The notes beneath the pieces are model-generated. The model had not been told where the DNA came from. It made no database searches and saw only the letters and a program-made list of their open reading frames with translations. 64,000 nucleotides of DNA from Myxococcota bacterium (lineage in GTDB: Bacteria > Myxococcota_A > UBA9160 > JAFDDA01). The position numbers and the translations under genes were made by a program. Shown here piece after piece: positions 26,358 to 36,263 of the stretch (its first letter is position 1; the number at the start of each line of letters is the position of its first letter). The stretch spans positions 3,616,001 through 3,680,000 of the forward strand of contig OZ245817.1 in NCBI GenBank assembly GCA_965228475.1, given 5' to 3'.

Positions 26358-28595
26358 CTACTTGTCCGAGGCTTCGTGGACGCCTTCCCAGTCCGCGGCA
26401 GCCGGCGCGGACCCGTTCGCGGTGAGACGCTCCGAGTGAAGACCCCAGAGCGTCTCCAGGGAACCATCGAGCTCCCGGCAGCGGGCGAGGGCTTCGCGGG
26501 CTTCGGCCCAGCGGCCGGCGCGGTAGGCCGCCAGGAAGGCTTCGTTGGCATCGAGGAGCGCGAGATAGGCGGTCCCACCGGCGACGTCGGCGCCGCCGAG
26601 GAGCGCGTGGACGGGCTCGGCCTGGGCGCGGCCCTTCACGCGCAGCCGATCGAGTTCGAGGGTCGCGAAGCCCTCGAGCGCCTGGCTCGTGCGGTCCCCG
26701 ACGATGATCGGAAGGCCGTAGGTCTTCGACTGGCCTTCGAGCCGGGAGGCCAGGTTCACCTCGTCGCTGATCACCGAGTAGTCGAAGCGCTGGTCCGAGC
26801 CGAAGTTTCCGACGCAGCACGGCCCCGTGTTGATTCCGATGCCCATGCGCAGACGCGGAACCTTCGAGGACCCGGCCGCGGCCTCGGCGGCGAGGGTCTC
26901 GTTCAGGCGGCCGAGCTCGGCCTCCATCTCGAGCGCCGCTTCGCAGGCATGCCGTGCGTGCTCCGGATCTTCGAGCGGCGCGTTCCAGAACGCCATGATG
27001 CAGTCGCCCATGTACTTGTCGATCGTTCCGCCGTGGTCGAGGATCACGCGCGTCATGGGCGTGAGGAAGCGGTTCACGAGGCTCGTGAGCTCCTCCGGAT
27101 CGAGCTGCTCCGAGATGGTGGTGAAGCCGCGGATGTCGCAGAAGAGCACGGTCATCTCGCGCGTCTCGCCGCCGAGCCGGAGCAGGCCGGGATCCCGCGC
27201 GAGTTCCTCGACCAGGCGCGGCGCGACGTAGCGTCCGAAGGCGGACCGGACCTCGCGCCGCTCGCCTTCGGTGCGAAGGAAGGCCGAGAGCGAACCCGTC
27301 AGGTAGACGAACACGATCGCCGTCCAGGCGTAGACCGGGGCGACGAGCCAGAGGTGCTCGCGGAAGGCCCAGTAGGAGAAGCCGCCGGCAAGGACGAGGC
27401 CCGCGACCCCGATCCCGGCGCACCAGAGCGCGCCGACCCGGGGCAGCAGGACGATCAGCAGCAGGCCGATCGCGAGGATGCCCAGGAACTCGGCGCCCTT
27501 CGCCCAGTCCGGCCGCTCGAGGTAGTGCCCGGTCAGCACCTGCTCGACGAGCTCCGCGTGGAGCTGGACGCCCGGCGTGGCCGGGTCGCGCGGCGTGGCC
27601 CGGATGTCCTTCAACCCCTCCGCGCTCGTCCCGACGAACACGATGTGCCCGGCCAGGAGCTCCGGGTTCACGCTGCCGTCGAGCACCTGCCAGGCCGGCA
27701 CGTAGCGCTCGGGCACGGCCTCGGTGAAGTGGATCCAGACGCGGCCGTTGCGGTCCGTCGGGATCTGCACTTCGCGGCCGATGCGGATCTCGACGATGCC
27801 GGAGCCCGCGCCGAAGGCATCCGTCCCGCCCGCGTTCGAGGACTTCACCAGGTAGGAGCCTCCGGCGGTCGCCACGCGCAGCGCCTCGGCAGCGAGCGAG
27901 GGGTGCAGCACCTCGCCGTGGCGGAAGAGCAAGGGCACGCGGCGGAGCACGCCGTCGCGCTCGGGCCAGGGCAAGGCGAAGGAGCCCGCGCCACTCGCCG
28001 CCTCGTGCAGCGCCGGCAGGTTCGGGACCCCGCCGAGGAGATCCGGAAGGAAGCGCCGCGGGTCGTCGCCGAGGTGGCTCACGCCCGCTTTCGGCTCGGG
28101 CACGCGCCCTCCGGCGTGATCCATGAGCACGAAGCCCGCGACCACGCGCATCTCCCGGAAGGCCTGGGCGAAGACGGCGTCGTGATCGGGCAGGCCTTCG
28201 GCCCGGGCGGTGAACTCCGCGTCGGCGCTCTCCGCCCAGAGGGGAAGGACCTGCGCCGGGGAGGTGCGGTCGGGTTCCGCGAAGACGACGTCGAACGCCA
28301 CGACGGCGACGTCGAGCCGCGCGAGCGCTCGCACCAGCTCCGCCAGGTGGGTCCGCGGCCAGGGCCATTGCCCCATGCGCTGGAGGCTCGCGTCGTCGAT
28401 GTCGATGATCCGCACGGGCAGCGGCTCGTAGACGCGCGGGTGCCAGCGCTGATACGTGTCGAAGACCGCGAGCTCGGCGCGCTCGAGGATCGGTGGCTCG
28501 AAGAAGCGGAGCGAGAGCGCGCCGGCGAGCGCCGCGAGAGAAGCCCACGTGGCGATCGAAGGCAGCGCCCACGCGAATCGGCTTCGAGGTTTCAT
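26358..28595 (-). CDS. CHASE2-domain class III adenylate cyclase
   Basis: IIDIDDASL..GQWPWPR..FDVVFAEPD (CHASE2), 3 TM, VLFCDIRGFT, IDKYMGD, FDYSVISDEVNLASRLE; ATG 28595. Confidence 0.93.
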   Translation of the reverse strand: MKPRSRFAWALPSIATWASLAALAGALSLRFFEPPILERAELAVFDTYQRWHPRVYEPLPVRIIDIDDASLQRMGQWPWPRTHLAELVRALARLDVAVVAFDVVFAEPDRTSPAQVLPLWAESADAEFTARAEGLPDHDAVFAQAFREMRVVAGFVLMDHAGGRVPEPKAGVSHLGDDPRRFLPDLLGGVPNLPALHEAASGAGSFALPWPERDGVLRRVPLLFRHGEVLHPSLAAEALRVATAGGSYLVKSSNAGGTDAFGAGSGIVEIRIGREVQIPTDRNGRVWIHFTEAVPERYVPAWQVLDGSVNPELLAGHIVFVGTSAEGLKDIRATPRDPATPGVQLHAELVEQVLTGHYLERPDWAKGAEFLGILAIGLLLIVLLPRVGALWCAGIGVAGLVLAGGFSYWAFREHLWLVAPVYAWTAIVFVYLTGSLSAFLRTEGERREVRSAFGRYVAPRLVEELARDPGLLRLGGETREMTVLFCDIRGFTTISEQLDPEELTSLVNRFLTPMTRVILDHGGTIDKYMGDCIMAFWNAPLEDPEHARHACEAALEMEAELGRLNETLAAEAAAGSSKVPRLRMGIGINTGPCCVGNFGSDQRFDYSVISDEVNLASRLEGQSKTYGLPIIVGDRTSQALEGFATLELDRLRVKGRAQAEPVHALLGGADVAGGTAYLALLDANEAFLAAYRAGRWAEAREALARCRELDGSLETLWGLHSERLTANGSAPAAADWEGVHEASDK

Positions 28596-28666
28596 CAGGA
28601 GATGGTTCCGAAATCGCGCCCGGCGGCGCAAGGGCCGGGATCGACTCCCGGACGCCGGCGCGAAGT

Positions 28667-29998
28667 TCAGGGGACGAAGAAGCCCGGGATCCGGCCGAGG
28701 TCGCCGGTGAGGACCGGCCCGCCGGGCTGCGACACGCTCACCTTCGCGGCGATCTCCGCGGCCACCTGCCCGTTCACGTTCAGCACGTCGGCGTTCACGA
28801 GCACGAAGCAGGGCAGGCAGCTCGGGCTGTGATTGAAGCTCGTCGGGATCGCGAAGATCGCGTTGCCGCCGTTCCCTGCCGCGAAGTCGGTCGCGACGGC
28901 GTTCAGCACGACCCCGTTGCCGGGGAAGAGGCCGAGCACCGGCGAGGTGATGTTCTGCATGCCGAAGGAGGCGAGCTGCTGGCCGAAGTCGAGCACGAAG
29001 CCGAAGTCGAAACCGCCGCCCGAGGCGAAGCTCACCCCGGGCTGGTTGTAGACCGCCATGCCGGTGTTGATCGCGTTGAGCTGTTCGATGGTCGCGATCT
29101 GGACCCCTCCCTGGAAGGGGAGCTGCCCGGCCACGGTGTCGACCTGGTTGACGTTCGTGAGCTGCCCGACGTCCGCGAGGATCTGCTTGCTGAACTGGGC
29201 GCCGACGGCCGTGCCCTGGCCCGAGATCTTCGTCGCCGTCGGGGCGTTGGTCGGGGCCGCGGCGAGCACCGCCTGGGGCCGCGGCCGGTTCCGCTTCGCT
29301 TGCACCCGAGGTTTCGGAGCCGGAGGCTGCGCCTCGAGGTCGCCCTCGATCTTCACGAGTTCGGGAAGCTTCATCTGGAACGGGTCGCTCGGCGGCCCGC
29401 CGCCTGCAGGGAGCCGCGTCGCCCAGTTGGCGCGCACGAGGTCGACGGTGCGCCCGCCGCTCTCGATGCGCACGGCGCCGACGCGGTCCTGCCCGTTGGC
29501 GTTGCGGCCGGGTCCGAGCAGTACGATGACGGCGCTGCCGTCGTCCTCGACCTTCCCCGCGACGATCGTTCCGCGGATGCCGATCGTGCCGGTCGGCAGG
29601 CGCAGCCGGACGTCGTCGGGCCGATCCTTGGCGATCCGGCCCGAGACGAAGCGGAAGACGCCCCGGACGATCTGGGCATCGAGCTTGCCCTTGCGGCTCT
29701 TCGGGTCGTAGACGAACTCGTCGATCGCGATCTCGCTGTCCGGCCCGAGGGTGAAGACGGTCTCGTCCAGCAGCAGCACCTGCATGCCGGAATCGCCGCC
29801 GCTGCGCAGGGCATCGGCCAGGTAGATCTTCTCTCCGCTCGCGACGCCCCGTGCGGCTTCCTGCGCGCGGGCGAGTTCGACGGAGCCCCGAACCGCCGCG
29901 GAGACGCCGGCCAGCTCGGCCGCCGGCGAGGCCGATGCGAAGCCCATCGCCGCGCATGCGGACAGCGCGGCGAAGCGAAGGGAAGAGAGACGGCTCAT
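28667..29998 (-). CDS. Exported FecR-domain protein with beta-rich C-terminal domain
   Basis: Signal peptide; LLLDETVFTLGPDSEI..GVFRFVSG..PTGTIGIRGT; Pro/Lys/Ala linker; ATG 29998. Confidence 0.85.
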   Translation of the reverse strand: MSRLSSLRFAALSACAAMGFASASPAAELAGVSAAVRGSVELARAQEAARGVASGEKIYLADALRSGGDSGMQVLLLDETVFTLGPDSEIAIDEFVYDPKSRKGKLDAQIVRGVFRFVSGRIAKDRPDDVRLRLPTGTIGIRGTIVAGKVEDDGSAVIVLLGPGRNANGQDRVGAVRIESGGRTVDLVRANWATRLPAGGGPPSDPFQMKLPELVKIEGDLEAQPPAPKPRVQAKRNRPRPQAVLAAAPTNAPTATKISGQGTAVGAQFSKQILADVGQLTNVNQVDTVAGQLPFQGGVQIATIEQLNAINTGMAVYNQPGVSFASGGGFDFGFVLDFGQQLASFGMQNITSPVLGLFPGNGVVLNAVATDFAAGNGGNAIFAIPTSFNHSPSCLPCFVLVNADVLNVNGQVAAEIAAKVSVSQPGGPVLTGDLGRIPGFFVP

Positions 29999-30015
29999 GC
30001 GGGGCTCCTCGGGCA

Positions 30016-31479
30016 TCAGAAGGACCACTGGCGCGAGATCGCCAGGGAGACCTTGGTGTCGTCGTAGGTGTAGTTCGTGAGGTTCGACTCGACGCGGTAG
30101 TAGTCGGCGCCCACGGTGAGAACGGTGCCGGAGGCGATCTCCGCGGCGCGGCGCCAGGGCATGAGGCTCTCGAGCGGAACGCCGATCACGACGTTCGCCC
30201 GGGCGCGCACGTCGCGGCGCCGGCGTTTCGTGCTGATGCGTCGGTCGGCACGCCAGTAGCTGTCTCGCCCCGCCAGGACCTGCGTCATCAGGAACCGTCC
30301 GGACCCGAGCAGCCAGGTGTGGCGCAGACGGAGTTCGGGGCCGTCGTAGGAGAAGACGTCGTTGGTGCGGGGCGTCGCGCTGCCGCGGGCGTCCTTCACC
30401 AGGTAGAGGAAGTCGCCGTCGAGCTGGTGGGTCGGCCGCGGGCGGAAGCTCGCACCGACGCGCGCTTCGGCCCGGACGCCGGTGTGCTCGTTCGACGTCG
30501 CGCTCTGCCGGATCGCGTCGTAGTCCTGCCATTCGCCCCGGACCCCGAAGCGCTGCGAGAAGCGCGGCGAAACGGAGCGGTCGACGGCGATGTCGAGGCC
30601 GGCCGTCTTCAAGAACGTCTCCGAGGAGAGCTGGATCACGCTGCCGACGACGCGCGGCGTGACGTCGGCCACGCGCGTTCGGTACCGGCCGCCGAGATCC
30701 AGGGCGTAGGCCCGGGTGTTGAAGTCTCCGAGGTCGAGCTGCTGGGAGACGTAGGTCGAGAAGGAGCCGAGGAGCACGTGCCCCTCGTGGAGTCCGAGGT
30801 CGTGTTCGAAGCCGGCCTGGGCGAGGCCGTAGAAGGCGAAGTCGTCCTGCTCGCGCGAGGAGGAGACGAGGTCGAGCTCGAGCCGCGCGCCTCCGAGCTG
30901 GATCAGCCGCGAACCCGAGAGCGGCGCGCTGTTGCGATTGGTCTCGTAGTTGGCACCGAAGGTCAGGGAGGTATCGACACGCGTCCGGCGTTGGCTGCGC
31001 GCGACCTGCTTGCGGTAGCGCTCGACCTCCGCGCGCTCGGTCTCGCTGAGCGGCCCGTCGGCGAGCGTGTCGAGCTCGCGCTCGGCCTCGACGAGAGAGT
31101 CGAGGCGGTAGAGGACGATCGCGTAGAGCAGGCGGACGCCGGCGAGGTCCGGTTTCAGCAGGAGGATGCGCTCGAGCGTCGCGGCGGCGCCGCGCAGCTC
31201 GCCCTCGCGCACCTGCTTGCGCGCCCAGCGGTAGCTCGTCTCGATGTCGTCGGGGTTCGCGAGCACGTCGGCCCACGTGACGTCTTCCCCTTCGAGCGCA
31301 GCCAGGGCCTCGGCCTCGGCGCGGGCCTCGCGCTGGGCGGCGAGCCGGTCCGCACCCTGGCGGAGCCGCTCGTCCTGGTCGCGGGCCGTGCTCTGGCCCT
31401 CGACCGGCAGCCCGAACGCAACGGTGAGAGCGAGAAAGACCCCGGCGCACGGCGTGCGCCAACGAAGCTGCGGCGACAA
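30016..31479 (-). CDS. TPR + outer-membrane beta-barrel protein (Slam-like architecture)
   Basis: Signal peptide; TPR AAATLERILLLKPDLAGVRLLYA; GANYETNRN then alternating beta strands; terminal Phe (RQWSF). TTG start uncertain. Confidence 0.8.
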   Translation of the reverse strand: MSPQLRWRTPCAGVFLALTVAFGLPVEGQSTARDQDERLRQGADRLAAQREARAEAEALAALEGEDVTWADVLANPDDIETSYRWARKQVREGELRGAAATLERILLLKPDLAGVRLLYAIVLYRLDSLVEAERELDTLADGPLSETERAEVERYRKQVARSQRRTRVDTSLTFGANYETNRNSAPLSGSRLIQLGGARLELDLVSSSREQDDFAFYGLAQAGFEHDLGLHEGHVLLGSFSTYVSQQLDLGDFNTRAYALDLGGRYRTRVADVTPRVVGSVIQLSSETFLKTAGLDIAVDRSVSPRFSQRFGVRGEWQDYDAIRQSATSNEHTGVRAEARVGASFRPRPTHQLDGDFLYLVKDARGSATPRTNDVFSYDGPELRLRHTWLLGSGRFLMTQVLAGRDSYWRADRRISTKRRRRDVRARANVVIGVPLESLMPWRRAAEIASGTVLTVGADYYRVESNLTNYTYDDTKVSLAISRQWSF

Positions 31480-31635
31480 AGCGGTGTTCCCCCCGCCCCG
31501 AAATCGGCCGCCGGCGCCCTATTCCTGAGGGAAAGCGGGCGGCTCTCGCATCTCGTGCACAAAGTGGGGGGATTTCAACTCAAGCCGGCGGGACGCTCGG
31601 CCGTTCCTCCCCTCAATCGCAATGAGGAGTCCGAC

Positions 31636-32178
31636 ATGAGGAGCTTCCCCCGCTCTTCCAGCATCCCCCCGACCCGCGAGCCCGAAGGCGCGCCGGTCCA
31701 CATGCCCGCCTGGGACCTGCCCGGCGTGCGAGAGATCCGCGCCACGCCGCCTGAGCAGGCGAACCTGGGCCTCGGCTGGGCGGCGGTCGTCTTCTGCACC
31801 TTCGGTGCGCCCCCCGCGCTGGTCCTCGCGGGTCTGGTGGCCGGCGGTGAAGCGCCGGTCGGCTTCTGGGTCGCGGCCTGCGGCTTCTTCTTCCTGGGCC
31901 TCGGCCTCTCGCTGACGCTTCGTCCGCTTCCCCCGCGCCGGGTCTTCCGCCCGCGCGGCGCGCCCACGAAGGGCGGTGCCCGGAAGGCCATGGCAGCCCG
32001 GCGTGCGGCCTCCGCCGAACGCTTCCAGTTCGGAGCGGAACTGCGCGAAGAGTTCCCCACCCTCTCGGCGGACCTCTCGCGGGTGGAGCTGCTCGAGCAG
32101 CTCGCGAAGCTCCGCGAGCAGGGCGACCTCTCGAACGCCGAGTTCCGCGCGGCGCTGAAGGGCCTGCTCGGCGAGTGA
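31636..32178 (+). CDS. Two-TM protein with C-terminal SHOCT domain
   Basis: GAGGAG RBS; two hydrophobic helices; LEQLAKLREQGDLSNAEFRAALKGLL. Confidence 0.75.
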   Translation: MRSFPRSSSIPPTREPEGAPVHMPAWDLPGVREIRATPPEQANLGLGWAAVVFCTFGAPPALVLAGLVAGGEAPVGFWVAACGFFFLGLGLSLTLRPLPPRRVFRPRGAPTKGGARKAMAARRAASAERFQFGAELREEFPTLSADLSRVELLEQLAKLREQGDLSNAEFRAALKGLLGE

Positions 32179-32192
32179 CGCGCTCGGTGTAG

Positions 32193-32206
32193 CGCGCTTC
32201 GGCGCG
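32193..32206. terminator. C(UUCG)G hairpin between convergent genes
   Basis: CGCGC-TTCG-GCGCG. Confidence 0.3.
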
Positions 32207-32210
32207 GGCC

Positions 32211-32870
32211 CTAGGGGCTCGATTCTCCGGTCGCGGTCTGGATCAGGATCCGCGCGCAGGTCTCGACGAGATCTTCCTGGCTGGCGCCGAAGGCGCGGAT
32301 CTCCCGATGGAAGGCCGCCAGGCGCTCGAGCATCGACGCCATCGCCGCCGCCGCGGCGTAGGGGTGAATGCTCCGGGCGATCCGATCGGCGCGCTGGGCC
32401 TCTTCGACCTTCCCGGAGAGCGCGTCGAGGAGCGGCTTCATGAAGTCCCGGCGCACGCGCTGGAAGCGCCGGTCCCCCTCTTCGCTCGCCAGGTTCCGGA
32501 CGCGCAACACTGCATGGTGTTCGTCCCAGTGGCGGATGAAGCCCTCGACCAGGGCACGCCCCGCCTCGAGCCCCTCCGCCCCGCTCCAGGTGCGCTCGAC
32601 GAGCGCGACCAGCGCCGGCACGTCGCCGTTGGCTTCCTCGGCGAGACGCAGCACCGCCTCGGGCACGTCCTTGAAGTACTGATAGAAGGTCGCCGGCGAG
32701 GCATCGACGGCGCGTGCGATCTCGACGACCGACAGATCCCGCAAGCCCCGCTCGGCCAGGAGGTCCCGCGTCGCCTCGAGCAGCCGTTCGCGGGTCTTCC
32801 GCGCGCGCGGACCGAGCGAGCGCCCGCTCTGGTCCACCGGTGCCTTCGCGCTCTTCGTGCCCCGTGCCAT
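32211..32870 (-). CDS. TetR family regulator (candidate reader of the TCTGAC-N5-GTCAGA box)
   Basis: TRERLLEAT..LSVVEIARAVDASPATFYQYFKD. Confidence 0.93.
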   Translation of the reverse strand: MARGTKSAKAPVDQSGRSLGPRARKTRERLLEATRDLLAERGLRDLSVVEIARAVDASPATFYQYFKDVPEAVLRLAEEANGDVPALVALVERTWSGAEGLEAGRALVEGFIRHWDEHHAVLRVRNLASEEGDRRFQRVRRDFMKPLLDALSGKVEEAQRADRIARSIHPYAAAAAMASMLERLAAFHREIRAFGASQEDLVETCARILIQTATGESSP

Positions 32871-32905
32871 CCGCTCTCCACGCCCCGAGCAGCCTGCCGG
32901 GCCCG

Positions 32906-32926
32906 GATCTGACGTTATATCAGATC
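32906..32926. promoter_or_regulatory. TCTGAC-N5-(G/A)TCAGA operator, copy 1, on the tetR promoter
   Basis: GATCTGA-CGTTATA-TCAGATC; minus strand reads TGaTATAAC (extended -10) in its centre. Confidence 0.75.
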
Positions 32927-32966
32927 GGCCTCTCGCTGGAGTACTTGTGGCGTGCTGGCGGCCCTT

Positions 32967-35900
32967 CTATGGCGCTTCGCGCAAGTCGGAGAGACGACTC
33001 GTGATCAAGTCTCGATCCCTCCCGGCAAGCCCATACACCTGGAAAGCCAAGTCATCGATCCGGCGATCGAGCGACTGCCGCTCGCGTTCGTTGACCGCCC
33101 GCTCCTCCGGTGTCCGGCCACGGCTCGCGGACAGCGCCACCCTTCGCCTTACAAGTCCATCAATAGCATCGTGCTGCACCGGCACAGCGCTGCGGCGGGG
33201 TATCGAGAGCCTGCCTACCTGGTTCCAGAAGTATTCGTACTGCCCTGCGCTCGTCAGCTTTCCGATAAATCGATAGCGGAACGTCAAGGCGAGGGAGTTC
33301 AAGAGTCCAAGGATGTAGTACATGGACTCCTCCTGTTGATTCTCGTAGAGGACGGTGGTGTCGGTGAGGCCGAGGAATTCGGAACGAGCATCGAAGGCGA
33401 ATCGATTCCGGCTGGCGCGGTAGGGGCACCAAATCCGCGCTCTGTCCACGTACTCTTGGTGGAGCGGCCACGTAAAACGCCACCACTCGCAGTCGCCTCG
33501 CTTGAAGGCAGCCCGGTTCCGAAGCCCTTCCTCGTGGCTCCGGAGGTGCGCCTGTAGCCCCTGCGGCAAGTCGGCGAATCGTGCCACCTGCTCAAGAAAC
33601 AAGACGGGCTGCCCCGAGTCGGAGATGTGGAAGCGGTCTATGTTCGAGTTTCGCACCCGGGTGTAGTAGTAAGTCGCGGGAACCTGCCAATCCTTTAGCT
33701 GATCCATCGACGGACCGGCGAAGGCGGCGTTGAGACCTGTCTCCATCCCCTTCCCAACGTGAAGGATCTCGGACACCGGCTCACCCTGCCCGTCGATTCT
33801 TCGCAGGACGCGCTCGACCTCCTCGGATGCGAAGATCCACGGCTCACGCGAGAATGCCTCTTGGGGAACAAACAACCGTTCAAAGAGTGCGGTCTCTTCG
33901 CGCTGAGCGGCCAGATCTCCTGGCACGAAATCGCGCGCAACGAGATCGAACACCTGGGCCGGTCCCTCGCCTGATGGGCGATTCTTCTCCAAGGTCACGA
34001 TCGCAGTTGCTATCCCGACTCCCGGGAACACGTAAAAGTCCCGGAAGTCCAGAATGTGATGAACGCGCGCGTTGCCCCCAATGAAGAAACGCAACTTGTC
34101 CGCCTTGTACGCTTCGCGGAACGCACGAGAAACAATGAAACCGATACGTCCGCGCGAGATACGAACTGCAGTGGCCAAGAAGTAGAAGAGCACGTCTGTC
34201 TTGTCGCGATGAATCTCTGGATACACGGCTTTGAGGTAGTCAAGGCGCGGGTCCTTCCTGCCCCAGGTGTCATCGACACTGTAGTAGGGCGGATTGCCGA
34301 CTACCGCGTCGAAACCGGGCTGAGGGCCCTCGAAAACCTCAGGGAACTCGCGCTCCCAATCGAAGCAGTTGATCCTCAGCCGCTCTTCGTCGTCGGCAAG
34401 TGGGAGGCCCAACTGGGCGTAGTAGTCGGTGCCGACCAATGAGTTCCCACACCTGATATTTCTGTCGAGATCAGGGAGGGCCCGCTCCTGAAAAAGGCTC
34501 AGGTTCTGGCCGATCGTCTCCTCGGACTCACCCTCAAGGACTTTCAGGAGGAGCGCAAGCTTGGTGACTTCGACTGCCTGGGGATCGATATCGACTCCGA
34601 AGATATTCGAGATAAGAATCCGCTTCCGCTCGCTCGAAGTGAGTCGCCAATCACCGTGACGAGCGCGATAGAGCCGAGGCGGTCTGCCGCGAGCGTGACG
34701 TTCCGGGTTGTCATTCACATAGCGGTTGAGATACCAGTCGAGCAGGTACTGATATGCAACGATTAGGAAGGATCCGCTACCGCAAGATGGATCGACGATT
34801 CGAAGAGTTCGTGCTGTCTCCGGCGTTTGCCCCTCGAGCAGCGAGCCTAGGGTCTCCTGAACGATGTAGCGGACGACAAACGAGGGAGTGTAGTAGACTC
34901 CGCCGGCCTTCTTGACCTCTGGCTTCTGCTCGACTCTCACACTGCGATCCGGGGCGAGCGTCAGAGTGTTTCCCAGAAACCGTTCGTACGTTTGACCCAA
35001 GATGTCTGCCGGTAGTACCGAGAACTCGTACGGGCTGTCGGGGTAGTAGAGGGGTTTCAGGATCCTGCGCAGAGTCGTATCACCGACCTTCAGGAGTGGC
35101 GTCAGACCATCCGGCGCAGTTGCCCGCCCCTTCTCAACGCGAAAATGGAACAGACCCGAGTTATACCGATCATCCGAACGCCTAAATACTCTGAGCAGCT
35201 CGCTATAGATTCCATCCCGCTCGCAAATTTTCTGAAGCTGTCCGTACGGTTCTACTCCACGGTCTTCGCAGATCCGTAGGAATACGATGCGGTCTATCGT
35301 CACCTGGACTGCGTAGTTGAGCTCTCGAAGCGACAGGTCGGCGTTCTCTCGAGCGAAGTCCTGAGCGAAATCAATGCGCCATCTCTCGATCTCATCAAGG
35401 AAGGCCTCATCAACCGCCTCTGTTCCGCGCCTACCCTTCGTCGAGTCGACATACCGATCGAACGAACCAGAAGCAAGGGCCTCCCGAGAGAAGACTGACT
35501 CGATCTCGGCCCAGCGGTCCTTGTACTCTTCGAACTTTAGATACTTGATTCGCGCAGTCGCAGCGCCGTGTTCTTTCTTGGGAGGGATGCGACAGTCGTA
35601 GATCGCGAACTCCTCGAAGTCGGTAAGTACCGAGAGCGGAAGACCTGCTGACCACCCATAGCGCCGCAGCTGGTAGGAGGGCCCAGACGCAGTCTCGAGA
35701 GCAGTTGCGGGCTTCTTCGCCTCGACGAAGAATCGACGCTCACCACCGACACGAAAGCAGTAGTCGGGAGCTTTGACACTCCCTTCGATTCGTATCGAGT
35801 CCTCATGAATTACTTCTTTGTAGGGCTCCGGATATCCTTTCTCGTTTGCGACATCCCAACCGAGCGCGCCAAAGAGCGGATCGAGAAACTCTTTGCGCAG

Positions 35901-35990
35901 CTGAGCCTCGTTGTAGCTTGCGGCCTTGTACGACCGATAGTTCTCCCTAAACCGTCTGACCAGCTCAAGTACAGCGGCGGGCGCGGACAA
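32967..35990 (-). CDS. Type IIG restriction-modification enzyme (fused nuclease + N6-adenine MTase + target recognition region)
   Basis: APDY..VEAKK nuclease motif, GVYYTP, motif I DPSCGSGSF, motif IV GNPPY; start re-called to TTG 35990 (GGAG upstream), track start 36032. Confidence 0.9.
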   Translation of the reverse strand: MSAPAAVLELVRRFRENYRSYKAASYNEAQLRKEFLDPLFGALGWDVANEKGYPEPYKEVIHEDSIRIEGSVKAPDYCFRVGGERRFFVEAKKPATALETASGPSYQLRRYGWSAGLPLSVLTDFEEFAIYDCRIPPKKEHGAATARIKYLKFEEYKDRWAEIESVFSREALASGSFDRYVDSTKGRRGTEAVDEAFLDEIERWRIDFAQDFARENADLSLRELNYAVQVTIDRIVFLRICEDRGVEPYGQLQKICERDGIYSELLRVFRRSDDRYNSGLFHFRVEKGRATAPDGLTPLLKVGDTTLRRILKPLYYPDSPYEFSVLPADILGQTYERFLGNTLTLAPDRSVRVEQKPEVKKAGGVYYTPSFVVRYIVQETLGSLLEGQTPETARTLRIVDPSCGSGSFLIVAYQYLLDWYLNRYVNDNPERHARGRPPRLYRARHGDWRLTSSERKRILISNIFGVDIDPQAVEVTKLALLLKVLEGESEETIGQNLSLFQERALPDLDRNIRCGNSLVGTDYYAQLGLPLADDEERLRINCFDWEREFPEVFEGPQPGFDAVVGNPPYYSVDDTWGRKDPRLDYLKAVYPEIHRDKTDVLFYFLATAVRISRGRIGFIVSRAFREAYKADKLRFFIGGNARVHHILDFRDFYVFPGVGIATAIVTLEKNRPSGEGPAQVFDLVARDFVPGDLAAQREETALFERLFVPQEAFSREPWIFASEEVERVLRRIDGQGEPVSEILHVGKGMETGLNAAFAGPSMDQLKDWQVPATYYYTRVRNSNIDRFHISDSGQPVLFLEQVARFADLPQGLQAHLRSHEEGLRNRAAFKRGDCEWWRFTWPLHQEYVDRARIWCPYRASRNRFAFDARSEFLGLTDTTVLYENQQEESMYYILGLLNSLALTFRYRFIGKLTSAGQYEYFWNQVGRLSIPRRSAVPVQHDAIDGLVRRRVALSASRGRTPEERAVNERERQSLDRRIDDLAFQVYGLAGRDRDLITSRLSDLREAP

Positions 35991-36263
35991 TTCAACTCCC
36001 CTTCCAACGAACCAGAATGCTGTTCGAACCAAGAAGAGTATGCCCTCGTAGAGTCGACACAGCCCCTTTTTTGTCGGGCCAACGCAGGCTAGGCGGCAGC
36101 CGAAAGACAGTTCTGGAACGCGTTAGCACCTTGACGCTCGCGCTTCGCGAAGCGATGAAAGCGTGACTAGGCCGGCAGATCAGACCTACAGCGGAGGGAA
36201 ACCGACAGTAGGTTGATTTCGGGCTCGGGACCGGGGTAGAAAGGTTCGAGCTGCGAGGTCCCG

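Noticed and set aside
31606..31630. CCTCA/TGAGG stem over the RBS of the SHOCT gene
   Set aside because: A 5-bp stem is too weak to distinguish from chance.
32921..36187. CAGATC on both sides of the R-M gene as a target-site duplication
   Set aside because: Only 6 bp, expected by chance, and no recombinase nearby.
36080..36220. c-di-GMP-I riboswitch, suggested by GAAA loops and GTAGGT
   Set aside because: The GGCAAA..GACGCAAA consensus and stem order are not present.
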